A DNA stretch of 64,000 nt from Lama guanicoe (GCA_013239625.1 MU053810.1:1933518-1997517); one strand, 5' to 3'; positions 38,711 to 52,440 are shown, numbered from the stretch's first letter. Notes: generated from the sequence alone by a model not told the origin. A program made the numbers and translations.

Positions 38711-39994
38711 AGCAATGGCAACAGCCATCAGCCTGGAGAACTGACCTAAAGACAGAAGATAACACTTCTTTTTTTTTCCCCCATATCTCCAATGCAAAGA
38801 CTTTACCGAACATTCTCAAGACACAACTGCAGTCTTGGAAATGCAGTAGCCACTAGGAAGATGCATGTGTTTGTAAATAGCAGTAACTCTTTAGAGCAGA
38901 AATGCTGCTGTGATAATTTCCTAACCAAAGTCCATGTTGTCTTCTAAGTATAGAGCACAGTGGAAACTACTTTGGACAAGGTGGTCGGAATCCGGTCACT
39001 TCTGTTCTCAGAGCCTCAGTTTCCTCATTTGTAAAATCTAGTGGTTGGATACTCTGTAAATTTCCTTCATGTTTCAAAAGCTGATTCGCATATTTTACTA
39101 TTTATTCATTGCATTCTACAATATTTTTTGTCAACTACTTTTTCTAGATACTCATACACACATATATACATGTATGTACATACAGAGAACAGTTTTGAGA
39201 CCTAAATTTTGGTCTAACCAAATGCCTATAGGAATTCATATGCCACTTACCAGTCTTGTATTCACACTGAAAACAGTTTTCTCCTTCTTTCATCTTCTAA
39301 TTGTCTGGACATCAACGTCACCATGGATAATCTAATTGATCAATAGACTTGTGTTCACTGAACTGAGCCGTGAGTCCAGAATTCCAGAAATTCCACTGTC
39401 AGTTACTGTGTGCTGCTTTTCTCCAAGATTTAACAACTGCTCTTTTTCTATAGGTTCTAACTTGTACAGTATATAGCTGCACCATGTCTCATCTTATCAA
39501 ACACGGTAAACACAGAATTAGATACAATGCCCAAAGGCAATGCTAAACTAGGCAGAATTCATATTGAGCCACCAGGACAAGTTAGAGCATCATTTATAAT
39601 CGTCTACTCCGGCTCTTCCATAAGCACTAAAACCAAGTTTCCCTGAGGTCATAGGGAGAAGATGACAGAGGAATTTAGAGTTAGTCAAGTAAATTAAATC
39701 AGAATGTCAAAAAATGTGAAACACCTACAACCACAATGTATTCATTCTTTTTAAGCTCTTACAGGATACAAAGCATATTTATGTAGGAATGCATGAAAGA
39801 CTGTTTGAAAGCATTTCTTAAAGTAGCTAGACCATGTCTATAAAAATCAGTTGCTTTTTTGTTGGTTTCTGTCTTTTCTATTTTTTTGCTTTTTTAATTA
39901 GCCCCTATTTTAGGCTATTTGATATGCCTCCCACACACATATCTTCAGTTGTGCAATACATTTAACTAAAAGAGAAACTTTAAAAGAAATCACG

Positions 39995-40310
39995 ACCTAA
40001 TTATATGATTGGAAATAAATAGAGAAAGAAAGATGGTGCTTCCATACAATGGAAGACTAGGAATTCATTGAACATTTGACTTTGAAGATTATGTGATGAT
40101 ATAGGGAAATCTCCTGATGATAATAAATGAAAAAGAAATGTGCAAAACAAACATTCTTTCAACATTTTTACAAAGAAACATTTCAAATTAGTAATGGTTT
40201 TAAAAGGCCAAAAGAAATGTTGATCCTTTAAATGCAGGATTTACAAATTATTTTTACTTTATTTTTATTATTTATTGTAATCAGTATGCATTATTTTACA
40301 TTAAGGACAA
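39995..40310 (+). mobile_element. Ancient L1ME-like 3' fragment
   Basis: atggtgcttccatacaatggaagact...aaatgaaaaagaaatgtgcaaaac...aatcagtatgcattattttacatt. Confidence 0.5.
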
Positions 40311-40556
40311 ATGTTATTTTACATGGCTCAGAAATGCAAAGTCACCCAAATATTAGACTTATGTTGTAAACAGTACTATGGAGGTAACAAAATCTCATTT
40401 GTCTTTTCAATATTGCTATAATTTTAGGATCACCTGTGTACCTGATATCCAACAGCTCTTCACGTATAGGCAAATGTGTCTTATGACTATTTCCACAAAA
40501 CTCTGATTTGGATAGGGTCAGCTGTCCTCTTAGCTAGGTATAAATAAATCTAACAC

Positions 40557-41055
40557 TGGTAGAGAAAAAAAAATTATTCAATGGCATTTGCTAAAGACAG
40601 TAGGAAAATCTTTATTCAGTGGGGTGGGGGAGTCATGGAGATGGGTGTAGGGACCATTCCAGTGGCGTCCAGCAGTGGGAGACAGATTGAACTTAACCCA
40701 AATTATAGCATAGGCCAGTGGGATAGCCAAGGAGCAGGTGGGAGTCAGTGGATGGAAAATTACCAAGAGAAAACATCAGGGAGAGGGGTTCCTGGCAGAA
40801 CGATTTAATAGGATTCTTGCAGAAGGCAGGCCATGGTGATCAAACATCACCTAGGGGGCGATGGAGGATGAGGAACCCTATTTAATACCTAAGGGGCTCA
40901 GATATGGAGGATGAAGGATTCTTGCTAAACCAACTTAGCAGAATCCTTGCTAAAATTGGACAATACAGAGACAAACACAGAAATCCAAGTCAAGTCCTAG
41001 CTGAAAAATTCAGGTGAACCTAAGTAGAGTTTGGTCAAGGAGAAAACCTTTGTCA
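40557..41055 (-). mobile_element. ERV1 solo LTR, MER31-like
   Basis: The reverse strand begins tgacaaaggttttctccttgaccaaactcta and contains ttagcaaggattctgctaagttggtttagcaagaatcc, a repeated gcaagaatcc motif, taattttccatccactgactcccacctgctccttggctat, and gaataaag...gaataatttttttttctctacca. Confidence 0.88.
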
Positions 41056-42620
41056 GCATGAACTGGAAAAGACCATAAAATTGAAGTGGCATGAACTCCA
41101 GAACCCAGTTTATATCTGTTTTGTTTGATATCCATTCATGGACTAATTTGGACCAAATGATTTTCATATTCAGGATGTTCAGATTAGACACCTGGTTTGA
41201 ATTAACCCAGATGTGGAGCCGGCTCCCCAGGAGTCTCAGAAACCAAGGCATGGATGTGTAGATAACAATTCCCTGTAATGCATATTCTACATTAATTCAT
41301 AAAACGTAATATGCAGCAGGTGTCAACGTGATACACTTATATGTCGGTGTGAATGTTGTTTTATGGTTGTTAATTGAAGAAAAGATTAACCTTAACATGT
41401 ATTACCTCTAATTTTACCTTTATTCTTCTGAGAATAACTTTTGTGACTGGTTATACTCAGGGGAAATCAAATCTATACATTGAAAGGTAAACACTTTAAA
41501 CTTCAAAAAGGGGAGGCTGGGGAGGGACTACATAAAGTATATTTCAAATACTGAAAACCGAGATGGATTTTTAGAAGCCAACATTTATAAGCCCCAATGT
41601 TCCCTTTCTCATTTAATTTGGCAAGAGTTCAACACTAAATGAACATAAATTTAATCTTTCCGTGCATTTATTTAATTATAGTCAAAGTATCTGCTCTATG
41701 ATGGTGGTCCTCATTTTACAATTTAGGTCCCTAGAGGACAAGAGTTATATCTGTTTAATTTGAGTCTGTAGTACCTGAAATAGTGTCACTTGATTGCAAT
41801 TATAAAGACACAACAATGATGAGAACTCTGCTGAGGCTTTTCCAAAAAGTCTCAAGAAAATCCATCCCTCAAGACTAAAACACAGCTTTGCTGACGATAT
41901 ATTATTAGCTCATAGTGACTGCAGCCACTTTTCAGAAAGGCCTCAAATCATTGTAAAAGTACAGACAAAAGGAAGAGATGCTAATGTATTCACTTCAGGT
42001 GGCTTTTAGGCAAGACATTAATTCTTGGACATGAATATAAATAAATAATAAATAAAATGGAATTCGTCCCAATCTATCACAGAACTTCTTTGACAACATC
42101 CAAGTCAACCAAATAAATCAGAATAATAGGATTTTGACAAAACAAGACATTTATCTATTACCAGAGAAACATATTGGTCACACAACTTATAAATTGCCAA
42201 TAGAGGGTTTTCCATCCATCACCAAGATTCCCATCTAATGACAGGGAAATAATTACCATACCTTTATCATGTCATGCAATCTTCTGATGTGTTAGGAAGT
42301 GAAACAAAGTGAAAATGTAGCCCTCAGGGTGTGGACACCTGTGAAGTGGGTAGATTTTCTTCACTAACGTCATCTAAATTCTCTCATGCATAAGCGTGGA
42401 GAGTTTGTCTGCAACTGGTCTCTGGTTTTGAGAAAGTCTGCAGAGAGGCTTTCCTGGGAGAGAGAGAATCTTGGACTGTCCCCTAGTCTATTACAACCCT
42501 TTCCCCACGAACACATCCAAAAAAGTATGCTTCCTTATATTCTAAAATAACAATGAATTAGAAGCTCCAGATTCACTTCCAACTAACTGGGTCTCTTCAA
42601 ATTAAAAATAGTTTTCTCTA

Positions 42621-42720
42621 TGAAAATGAACATATGTATGCATATGCTTGACTGGGACATCGTGCTGTACACCAGGAATTGACACATTGTAACTGACTGT
42701 ACTTCAATTTAAAAAAAAAA
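42621..42720 (+). mobile_element. Very short young L1 3' end (100 bp)
   Basis: tgaaaatgaacatatgtatg..gactgggacatcgtgctgtacaccaggaattgacacattgtaactgactgtacttcaattt followed by A10. TSD core ttttctcta on both sides (42612-42620, 42732-42740). Confidence 0.9.
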
Positions 42721-42784
42721 CCAAAAACCAATTTTCTCTAACCTGAAATCTGTAGGTATTTATTAGCATTGAGTTTGAATATTT

Positions 42785-42900
42785 CAATAAATGAATTGGG
42801 AACCTGTTTTCAAATTTTATGTTTATATTTTACATATGTATACAATAAATGAATTGGGAACCTGTTTCCAAATTTTATGTTTATATTTTACATATGTATA
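42785..42900. repeat. 58-bp tandem duplication (2 copies, 1 mismatch)
   Basis: caataaatgaattgggaacctgttt(t/c)caaattttatgtttatattttacatatgtata at 42785-42842 and 42843-42900. Confidence 0.96.
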
Positions 42901-42904
42901 TAAG

Positions 42905-43708
42905 ATAAACCCTGCCCAGAGCTGAAAGAGTGAAAATCAACTCAGAATGAAAAAGAAACAAGGGACCCCGCTGTTAATCAGGCAGGGAGGACAGACATAT
43001 AAAGTCAGCTGTGTAATCAACAGGAAACATTTCCCCCAAGGTCAGGCAGCAGCTGCAAAATGCCATAACAACCCTCTCCTTGAGTTACGACTGCTTTGTC
43101 CCCACTGACACTCTCAGGCCCCCTTTGCTGTAACTCATCTCTAACTGGGAATACCCAACCACCAGGCCACCCTTGCCTAATGACAGCATGCCGTAATCCC
43201 CAGTTCATCTTCATTTAATCAAGAAGTCCAGAATTGATCCCCACTGGCTTCCATCAGATCCTCTCCTCAGAATCCTTCAGTGAGAACTCAAACCTTGTAA
43301 AAGACACGCCCCCTGGTCAAGCAGCATGCCCTCTTCTGAAGCGCCCTCCTCGCGGCGAGTCAGTAAATCTGGTTTTGTCAGTCTACGGGTTTGTCCCCAG
43401 TGATCTGTGACTCATTAGGCTTTTGCCAGTGGGAGGAGTTTTACTGAGAATTGGATGAGTCTCTCAATGCCACGGACCAAGATCCTAATTCCTTAATAAT
43501 GTGCATGTTTGAGACACCTTGAATCTCACCTACTCCAGGCTTCTCTGTCCCCACCACCCCCATCACCATGAATTTTGCACTGAAACAGGAGCTGATGATC
43601 TTCGGTCCTTCCTTATCAGGCTTATTACTGATCTCCCAAGATTCGGGGGTTACAAATATGACTTTGTCAGGTTACAAGTTTGTTCCTGGTGGTCTAGGAA
43701 AATTGACA
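42905..43708 (+). mobile_element. Probable ERV1-class LTR remnants (MER34-group-like), with two LTR 3' ends in tandem
   Basis: Two similar U5-like ends: gagtcagtaaatctggttttgtcagtctacgggtttgtccccagtgatct..ttttgcca (ends 43428) and acaaatatgactttgtcaggttacaagtttgttcctggtggtcta..attgaca (ends 43708). Subfamily and 5' boundary uncertain. Confidence 0.55.
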
Positions 43709-44789
43709 GATGGACAGATGGATAAACAGATAGATAGATGATAGAACTGTTTCTTTAATTCAAACTCTTTTTGAGATTAAGGGGTATTTTTCAATCACAG
43801 ATTTAGATACCTAACTTTCTACTTAAATTTTAAATATTCCATTGGTTTTTATTAACTTGTAATCTAATGGATGTATTTATTATAATGATTTTCTGCCACA
43901 GTGAACTCTCAATAACCACAAATGAGTTCGAAAGGAGACTATTTGCACATGTAGGAAAGGCTATAAATAGGAAGAAGAAATAAAGAATTCATGTGGTGGG
44001 TGTGTGAATCCCTCCTGGAAAAAAACTTTTTGGAGACTACATCTTTTTCTGAGAATTCTTGATCACCTCCATAGCAACAATTGCATTGCTCTTGTTTGAC
44101 TATGTGAAGGAGTGATACACCTTGGACTCTTTATTCTCTTGATAGCTGATAACTTGTTTTTTAAATAATTTGACAAGATTTTTAAAATAATCAAACAGAG
44201 AAGACTTGGGCTGATGAACAGATTTTGAACAGAATTTTTTTTTTCCTCTCAAACCACAATTACCTAAGATCAGAACCCTCTGATAATTTGTGCTGCTCTT
44301 TTAGGATTCAGTTTCATCCTACAACTGACTGAAGCATGAAATGAACTAAAATAAACTGAATGGAATGGAGCTGAACTGAACTGAGAGCCTGTGGTTCCCA
44401 ATATACTTTATGCCTTGAGGACAGAGCAGGTACCTTGCCCGTCTTCCTCCCACAGGTGCCGGCACAATGACCAGCCCACACACGACTCTCAGCGGCGTGA
44501 TTGTTGAATTTCACCGACAGCAATCCATTTCTCTCCACATAATCCACTCTTCTTTTACCAGGGCTGAGAACATCCCGAGTGACATTTAGAGAGATCTGTA
44601 AGCTAATTGCCAAAGCACACAGCTTCATTCAAATACATTCGTTATTGCAGTCAGATGTGAGAAAACACAATTTAGAGGACAAGCCAGAAAGGAAATGAAT
44701 TCTCAGCACCAACTGTCTCCTGATTTACCTGGTTTCCTTCTCTTCATCCCATTCATCAATTTTTCTCTTCCCATCCCCTGTAATTTTCC

Positions 44790-44960
44790 TAGTATTTGTT
44801 GAATGTTTGCTACAGGCCAGTCCACGTGCTAAGTGAGGACTTTTCGTGCGTTATCACATTTGATCTCCACAGCAGTGCGTTATTATCAACATCATTTTAC
44901 AGAGGAGAAGACAGACTAGTCCAAGGCCACTCTGCTGGTTCCGATTTGAACCACAACCTG
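44790..44960 (-). mobile_element. MIR SINE
   Basis: tatttgttgaatgtttgctacaggccag..tcacatttgatctccacagc..cattttacagaggagaagacagac..gatttgaacc. Confidence 0.78.
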
Positions 44961-46019
44961 ATAAACTGCAAAGGTGAAATGCTCTTAGTCCACAAACTAG
45001 CTACAGATTTACAAGCAATGATGTAGGGACTCTCAGGGAACCCAAAACATCGAGTTAGCCTATTTCTGCCTCCCTTCCCTTTTTCCTCTGCTCTCCACCT
45101 CACTGCCTAAAAGCTCTCCCAGCACCTGAGGCCAAGTCAAGTCTCACCCCTCCTTCCACCTACCCTCTCTTTTCATCTTGCTCCACCCAGCTCAGGACTG
45201 ACAAAATTACATGAGAAAAAAAAATTCATAATTCCCAAAGACAAGAGTTAGTGCCGTTGATAGTCTACCACAAGATGTAAAGTTTAGTGACATCTCAAAT
45301 CAAACTGGATAAGGGAGCATTTCGGCGTGGCTTGCACGGGCACCCCTTCAAATACGTGCCAAGAGAGGACAGATGTTTATCGGGGATTTCCCTCCAGCTG
45401 CCTTGACAAAAATAAGCACAATATATACAAACAAGCTAATAAATATACTAAGGGTTTTCTCTTAACTGTTTAAACAACCCACATGTAAAGTTACATCTGA
45501 GTTTTAGGACATTTAAGGGTTCTTTTTTTTTCTTTCTTATCTTGGTTGCCATTAACTAAGCACATGTCTATTTGCAAATCATCAGACAATGAATTTATAT
45601 TTATGAACAGAAAATCATTTTGCCTGCTAAGGACGCAGGTGTTCGTGTTCCAGAGCACCAAATACCAGATGCAGACGCTGAACACTCAGTTTCATGGAAG
45701 GATTCACACTTGAAGATGCTCTGGGATCCTAAGGCTTTCTGAAGACTCAGTTTTCAAAATAACCATCACCATTTTCCCATAGCAGATCAGCAAATCATTC
45801 TTTCATTATAAATCTTTTTTTGCTGGGAAACAATTTACTCACTTGACTTCTGGGTAGCATGTTCACTTGAATGTTCTTCTCTTCCACAGAAATCCATTAA
45901 AAACAAATCCACAATCTTGGCAGATTAGCTAAAAGATTAATGTCGGACTTTTTAAAAAATGACTTGGGAAACAGTCTGACTGAGTAGCATGCACTTTTTT
46001 ATTTGGGGTTCTTTTTTCT

Positions 46020-47790
46020 ACTTTTTTTTTTTCCTTTCATTTGGGTTTCTGTCTTCATCAAAGTTATAAACACATAGAGTTGAAAGAGTCAAATAATTTC
46101 AAAAGAGTGACAGGGCCCCCAAACCATTGCATTTCCCTGCAAACATATGTTTCCCACTCTCTAATGGTAACCATTTTCAATTTATAGATTTTGTTTCATT
46201 GCAGTTTACATTTGCCTCCATCACTCAGAAGAGCTTATGTTTTGGAAATAATTTATGGGTTTCCTCCCATGGGAGATGAAGATTCAGGTCTATTTCACTT
46301 TTGCCTCAACCCAGCTGACCTCCAGCATCATCTCATACAAAGTGTGGTTAGTTTACTCTTCAACACATACCTTGTTAAATTTATATAAATGCTGGGTCAT
46401 CCATGAAGAACTTTCCCTTACTTGCTGCATACTGTTTTTGTTTTACCTGGAGTTATGCATCACCACACTTTTTTTTGTTTGCTTAGCTTCATACGTACTT
46501 TCACTAATTTATCTGCAAGTTTTCCCTCAAGAGTCTAAACTTCCTCTTGGAAGTTTCAAGCATCTCAGATACTTTTATCAAGTGTATCTCCTGAGAGACA
46601 TCTTCTGACGTCTTCTGGTCTGGAAAGGGCCATCTCTCCAGCTGGGTCTTTCTTAACCATTAACTTAAGGTTGGACTCCTGTGCCTGGATCCTGTATTTT
46701 CCTCATTGTTGGTTTAGTTCTTTTTTTTTTTTTAAGTGGCGCATATTCTTAATAGCATCCTATAAAAGCATGTGTGTGGGAAGCAAATTTTACAAAGCCT
46801 TAGTCTGAAAGTATCTTTATTCTTGTTTGAAATTATTTTCCCTTAGGGAATTTAAGGTAGTATCACTGACTCCTTGTTTCCAATTTTGTTTTTGAGATGC
46901 CTAAAGCCATTCTGATTCCTGATCCTATGTGTGACACCTCTATCTGGAAGCTTTTGAGTATTTCTCTTTGCCCCAAGATCTGAAATTCACAAGTTTCAGG
47001 TGTATTTCTATTTTTAATCCATTCTGTTGTACTCTCAATGGGTCCTTTTCATCTGCAAATTCATATGCTACAATTCTGGGTAATTTCTTGAATTTTTTGC
47101 GTTGATAATTTTTTCTTTCTTTTTTTCTCTCCATTATTCAAATGTTAGAATTTAAGGACTAATCTTTCATTTTTGTGCTTTCCCCTTTCTCTCTTTTCTC
47201 CTCTATCTCCTGTTGAATATTTCATTTCTGTCATAGTCTTATTTCCTGGAGCTTTCCCTTTTGTTGTTGTTGGCTGATTGTTCTGTTTGTACAGGATCTG
47301 CTTTTATTGCACAGATATGGTATCTGCGCTTATCTTCTGGTGAAGAGTGTTTTTTTCTCCCTGTATAATCTTAGTTTCTCTCAAGTTGCTTTTTTCTCTG
47401 TGTTTGTTTTGCTCACTTTCTTTCTTATTAGCAGCCTTTCTCAGATGGCTAGTGATCTTGAAGAGCTTACATTTAAAAAGCAAAAGCTGATTGGAAAATC
47501 CATGCACACTGATGGAGTTTCTCAGCAGTCAACTGTGACCTTCATTGCATGGGGATACTGCTGGACTTTTTGTTTGGAAACCCTGATAGCAGTAATTTTT
47601 TGTTTTTGTTTTCCATCAGCCTAGTCACACTGCCAAGAGAAGACTCTTCCAATGTCCTGCTTTGAGGCTAAAAGCCTGACCCTCTGTTTGGGGAACCAAG
47701 TGGGGAAAAGTTCAGGTGTTTCAAAACTCATTTTGTCAACTTTCACTTAATCCTCTTGTTTACAGAATGGTATCTCCACCCTCAATTCTT
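46020..47790 (-). mobile_element. HAL1 / ancient L1 ORF1-only-type element, highly decayed
   Basis: Poly-T followed by tcatcaaagttataaacacatagagttgaaagagtcaaataatt (HAL1-like 3' end). An L1 ORF1-like remnant is present in ORF 46940..47134 (..HLKLVNFRSWGKEKYSKASR), and the + strand is T-rich throughout. Confidence 0.72.
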
Positions 47791-47812
47791 AAAGGCTTCT
47801 AACTCAAAACCA

Positions 47813-47920
47813 TCTGTTTCATCCAGGGGCCCTAGCATAAAACACATGGTAATTCAAATTAGGAAAACTTGAAAAGTGTTTAATAGAGGGACTGTTTACA
47901 AAGGTAAGGGCAGTGTGTCA
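47813..47920 (-). mobile_element. ERVL LTR (LTR16-like) terminal fragment
   Basis: aaacacatggtaattcaaattaggaaaacttgaaaagtgtttaatagagggactgtttacaaaggtaagggcag resembles an antisense LTR16-family end. Confidence 0.5.
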
Positions 47921-50489
47921 GGTGCCAAAACAGGAGAGAAATTTGTAGTACCAGGTATGGATGACTCTGACTTATGTTCACAGTGGTAGATATCTGAGGA
48001 GTGTGTATGCTTTGAGTATTTGTAAGTGGCTGTGTTCACTGGGTACAAATTTTCTGCTTTCACCTAGTGTTTCTTGCAGATGAAACTGTGCACAAGGTAA
48101 CACAATATTCTCATGTTCCAATTATTCGCTTGTATCATGTTCCATGCATCTTGTTGAAACAAATTCACGTTTGGAGAACAAGTATTATAATAGAATTGAC
48201 TACAGTCTCTTCCAGCCCAAGCACCCAGGTTTCCCCTTCACCTTGGATTCTGCACACAAGACTTAAGACTCATGAGGCTGTCATGGAATCCTCCTCTTGA
48301 GATCTAGTGAGACACGAGGAGGAAGTCAGAACCCCACAGAGTGTGGGAGGAAAGAAAAGGCGAAGTGCCGAAGCGCCAGCGTCCAATAATGATTTTCATC
48401 TGGTCACATTTTAAAAATAAAATGATCCCACCAGTCTCTAATTCCATTAAGAAAAGAGCCTTTTCTCTTTTTATGTCTAGTAAATTGCACACAGTAGGTG
48501 CCCAATGATGGCTGATGGTCATACGTGTGTACATTCCATTACAATCGCAGTCACACCCTGTTTCTTAATATTCCAATCCTCTTTCACAGTCCATAAGCAG
48601 AAAAATAAGTCTAAAAAGGAATCAAGTGATATAAAGAGAATGGTGGCAATGTCTAATCACCGAAACACCTGATTATACACAACATAAGGCTTTCGAGCAC
48701 AAGGATTTATTCTGCTATTTCACACGATGGAGGAGGGAGGAACAGGAAATCTAAAGACGTATGGCAGGGCTTAAAAGAGTGTGTTAAGTAAATGACAAAG
48801 TCTAAAACGCCAGGTCCAGAGAGCCCTTCATTGCTTTACTTCTGTGGAAGGAATTTATGGCCTTAGTTACCACCAAAATTGTCAAAAATTAAGTTCTTGC
48901 TTGTACTGATTTGTGTCCCAAATCTTCATCAGATCCTTAAAAACCAAGGAGATTTTTAGCTGCTTTGCAAAGATTTAAGAAATATGCAGCAGCTTCTAAT
49001 CTGGAAGAGAAAGCCAAGTGGTGGAGCCAAGATTTTTCTGGAAAGAATGTTCTGCGCTGTTCTTCCTCTGAAGCACTAAATAGAATGTACGCATCCAGAT
49101 GTTTCTTTCACGCAGCACCTACTTGGTGTGGTGACCGAGCTGTCTAATTCCCTATAGTTCATCAATGTTTACTCAAGTTTCCTCTATCTATTTTTGTGAG
49201 GAGTCTTATCCTATTGATTGGAAAGATGATCAGAGTCCGCATCTTTTTTTACATGAAAATAAGTTAGATTTTAAAAACAGCAAGTGCCCAATTTACATGT
49301 TATGAGGCCCAGGTGAAATGACAAGATCATCCAATCAAATGGCATCTATTTGGAGAAGTTTGTCAACACATATTTTGGAAAGGTCAAAATCTATTGCAAA
49401 ATTATTTCAAAGACATTTACAGAAAAATCAACAAAGTGGGAGTCAAAACATATGCCAGTCATCATTTACCGATTGGAGACTTAGAGGGGCCTCTAAATGC
49501 CTTTATTTATAAAAGAAGTAATTAAATAAAACTAGTTGCACTAAACGATAGATTCTAATTAGAATAAAAGAGATACCCAGTGTACCATTTCCCAAAGGGT
49601 CACTTTGCGGTGATCAAAATACTTAATGGAGAGCAGGAAGGAAAGCCGAATGAAAGAGCCTCTAAAAATATTGATCTAGTTTCAGAAAGGACTGGCACTC
49701 AGGAAGACTAAGCCACAAGCTGGAAGACGTTCTAGATGCGTCCTGCCAGAAAGCCAGGTATCTGCCCAGCTTTTAAGCAAGAGAGCGTTAATTCAATCAT
49801 TCTATGGAAGAGACAGAAGGTCTGTCTCTTTCCCATGAAAAATGTGCATGGCCCACAATCTCTGCCTTCCAAAAATTTACAATCTAAAATTAAAAAAAAA
49901 AAGATCAACGCAACAACAGTAAAATACAAAGCAACCGTTCAAGACAGAACACAAAGCAATGTGTTGCTATTTACAAAGCGTTTGCATAATCATAATCTTT
50001 GCCTTTCTTTTGGGGAAGGTAGATATAAAATCCAGTTCTTTTTTAACGATAAAAAAGTGAACTATATACTCAGTGCCAAGCTTTGCATTAACGTGCTTGC
50101 CCTACAATAAATATTAACTTCTTACACTATGAGATTCAGAACATAACCAGACTCAGTAACACACATAATTCAATAAAAAAGAAAGAAATCCTTTGTCTCT
50201 GAGTCATAAGAACCCTGTGAAGGATTCATATTTCTTTTGGCAAGATGAATTTTCAGAAGGTTTAACGGGGAAGTACAAAATTGATTTTGAATAAAAACAA
50301 ATAATTTAATGAAGTGATTAAGTGCTAATCACTAAGAAAACAGATGATCCGGCATTCCTGCAGATTTGCCTAAGCACTTGGCTGCACGTGGCCAGCAAGG
50401 AAAACGCATCTCAACAACAGAGCCGAGCATTTGGGTTGATCCTTTCATCATCAGCCCTCATCTGCTTCTCCCCCAGGATTCCTCGCTTT

Positions 50490-52018
50490 GGTGAGCAGCC
50501 TTTCCTCCCTACAACATCCTCATTCTCTTCCAAACTTTCTCCTCGCTACTCCTCCAAAGCTGCTCTCTAAATGATGACCTCCACATTGCTGCATCCCGTG
50601 ATCAATTCTCAGTCATCCTACTTGACCTCCCAGCAGCCTTTATCCCAGTTGATCATTCCCGCCTCTTTAACGTGCTCTGTTCAGTTGGCAACACCTTCAC
50701 CTGGTTCATCCATGACCTCAGTGGTTCCTCTGCTGGTTCTTCCTCTTCTCCCTACTTGTGGCTGTCAGATTGCCCAAGGGCTCAGTCACTGACCTCCGTC
50801 CTACCTCCACCCACTCTCTCTCTTCATGACCTCATCCAGGGCCTGTGGTTCTAAAACACGGTGCTTATACCTCCATCTAAGAAGGTATAGCTCCAGCTCC
50901 GAACTTTCTCCTGAGCTCTATGACTTGAATATCCAAACGCTAATCTGATTCTTTCATTTTGAAACTGAACTCCTGATCTTCCCCAGCTCACACTCACAGC
51001 GGAGCCTTCATCATCTCAGTTGACAATAACTCCATCTTTGAGCTTTCTAGGTCAAAAACCACTGCTCCTTAATCTATCAGGAAATCAGAGTCAGACTTTT
51101 GAACATAGGTCAGATCATGTCACTTCTCTGCCCAAATGACCCTGAAATGAATAATGGGCTCAACCACTTCCCAGTGGCTCAGACCAAGTACTCTGGAATC
51201 ATCCTCCATTCCCATCAGAAAAATCCCGTCATTTGTGGCTTTGAAATATATCTAGGATTAGACCCCTTCTTACTCCACTGTCATTGCTGTGACACAAGGC
51301 ACCATTTCCTATGGTCAGTACTGGCCCAGTGACCTTCCACTTGGTTTCCTTGCTTCCACCCTTGTTCTCCATTACAGTCTGTCTCCCACAGCACAGGTGG
51401 AGAGATTTATAAAAACCTTAATCATCTAATGTGACTCTTTTCAAAAATCTTTCAGTGATTCCCATCACACTTAGAATTAAATCAAAATCCCAACTGACTT
51501 TCCAAGGCTCTTCTCGATTTGGATCCTATGGAGGCTCTAAATTTACTTCTGTTCCCTCTCCACTTGCTCACTCCACTCCAGGAACAGTGACTGTCCAAAG
51601 GTTCCTCAAATGTGGCAAATCTAGCCCTGCCTTAGAACCTGGGTACTTGTCCTTCCTTCTGACTCTTCTTCCAGATTCTGGACTTCCTCGTGGCTCCCTC
51701 CCTCCCTCCACTGAAGTCTCCCCTTAAATGTCAGAGCCTCAGAGTCCATCCTGATCACCCTACACAATAGTCCTTTCACCTGCTTTCAACAGTTTCCTTC
51801 TACCATGCTTTATTTTCTTTCATAATGTGCATTATACCTGGTAACATTACAGTATACGTATAGACTATATATTTGTCTATTGACGTCTTTCTCCAAAATA
51901 TAACCCCAATAAAACCAGGAGCTTTGTTCTGCCCACTGCTCCACCTCTGGTGCCTAGAACAGTCCTGGTCCATGGTAGCCGTCAACAAATATTTACTGAA
52001 TGAGTGAGTGAATGAATT
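50490..52018 (+). mobile_element. L2 composite (~1.5 kb, probably two fragments) with intact 3' tail
   Basis: aaatgatgacctccacattgc..caattctcagtcatcctacttgacctcccagcagc; ...ggtgcctagaacagtcctggtccatggtagccgtcaacaaatatttactgaatgagtgagtgaatgaat. Confidence 0.87.
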
Positions 52019-52236
52019 CTCAAGAGATTTACTTTAATCCTTAGGCTGAATAAAGTAACAAATGAAAATACATCCCAGCCTATTAGCCTTTAATGTTAAT
52101 AAGTACTAGATGCCAATTAATTGATTGAGCTTTGGTCAGCAGAACAAAAACATGGGGTCACTCAAAGCAACCCACACCATTACTTGGTTCCAAATTGTAG
52201 ACAGACGTTAAGTCTTAGGCATAAAAATCGCTATGT

Positions 52237-52440
52237 TATACATATACATACATATGTTCATTTTCATATTCTTCTTCATTATATGTTACTACAAGACCTT
52301 GAATATAGTTCCCTGTGCTCTACAGCATAAATTTGTTGTTTACCTATTTTCTATAGAGTATTTATGTATGCCTGAACTCTTATGCTGTACACCAGAAACT
52401 GACAAAATATTATAAACTGACTGTACTTCAATTTAAAAAA
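52237..52440 (+). mobile_element. Young L1 3' end with 5' inversion
   Basis: Antisense segment ~52237-52360, then sense segment ~52361-52440 with a poly-A. TSD aaaaatcgctatgt (52223-52236) / aaaaatcaccatat (52440-52453). Confidence 0.87.

Noticed and set aside
42785..42900. Direct repeat as a CRISPR-like array
   Set aside because: Only two abutting copies with no spacer, in a mammalian context.
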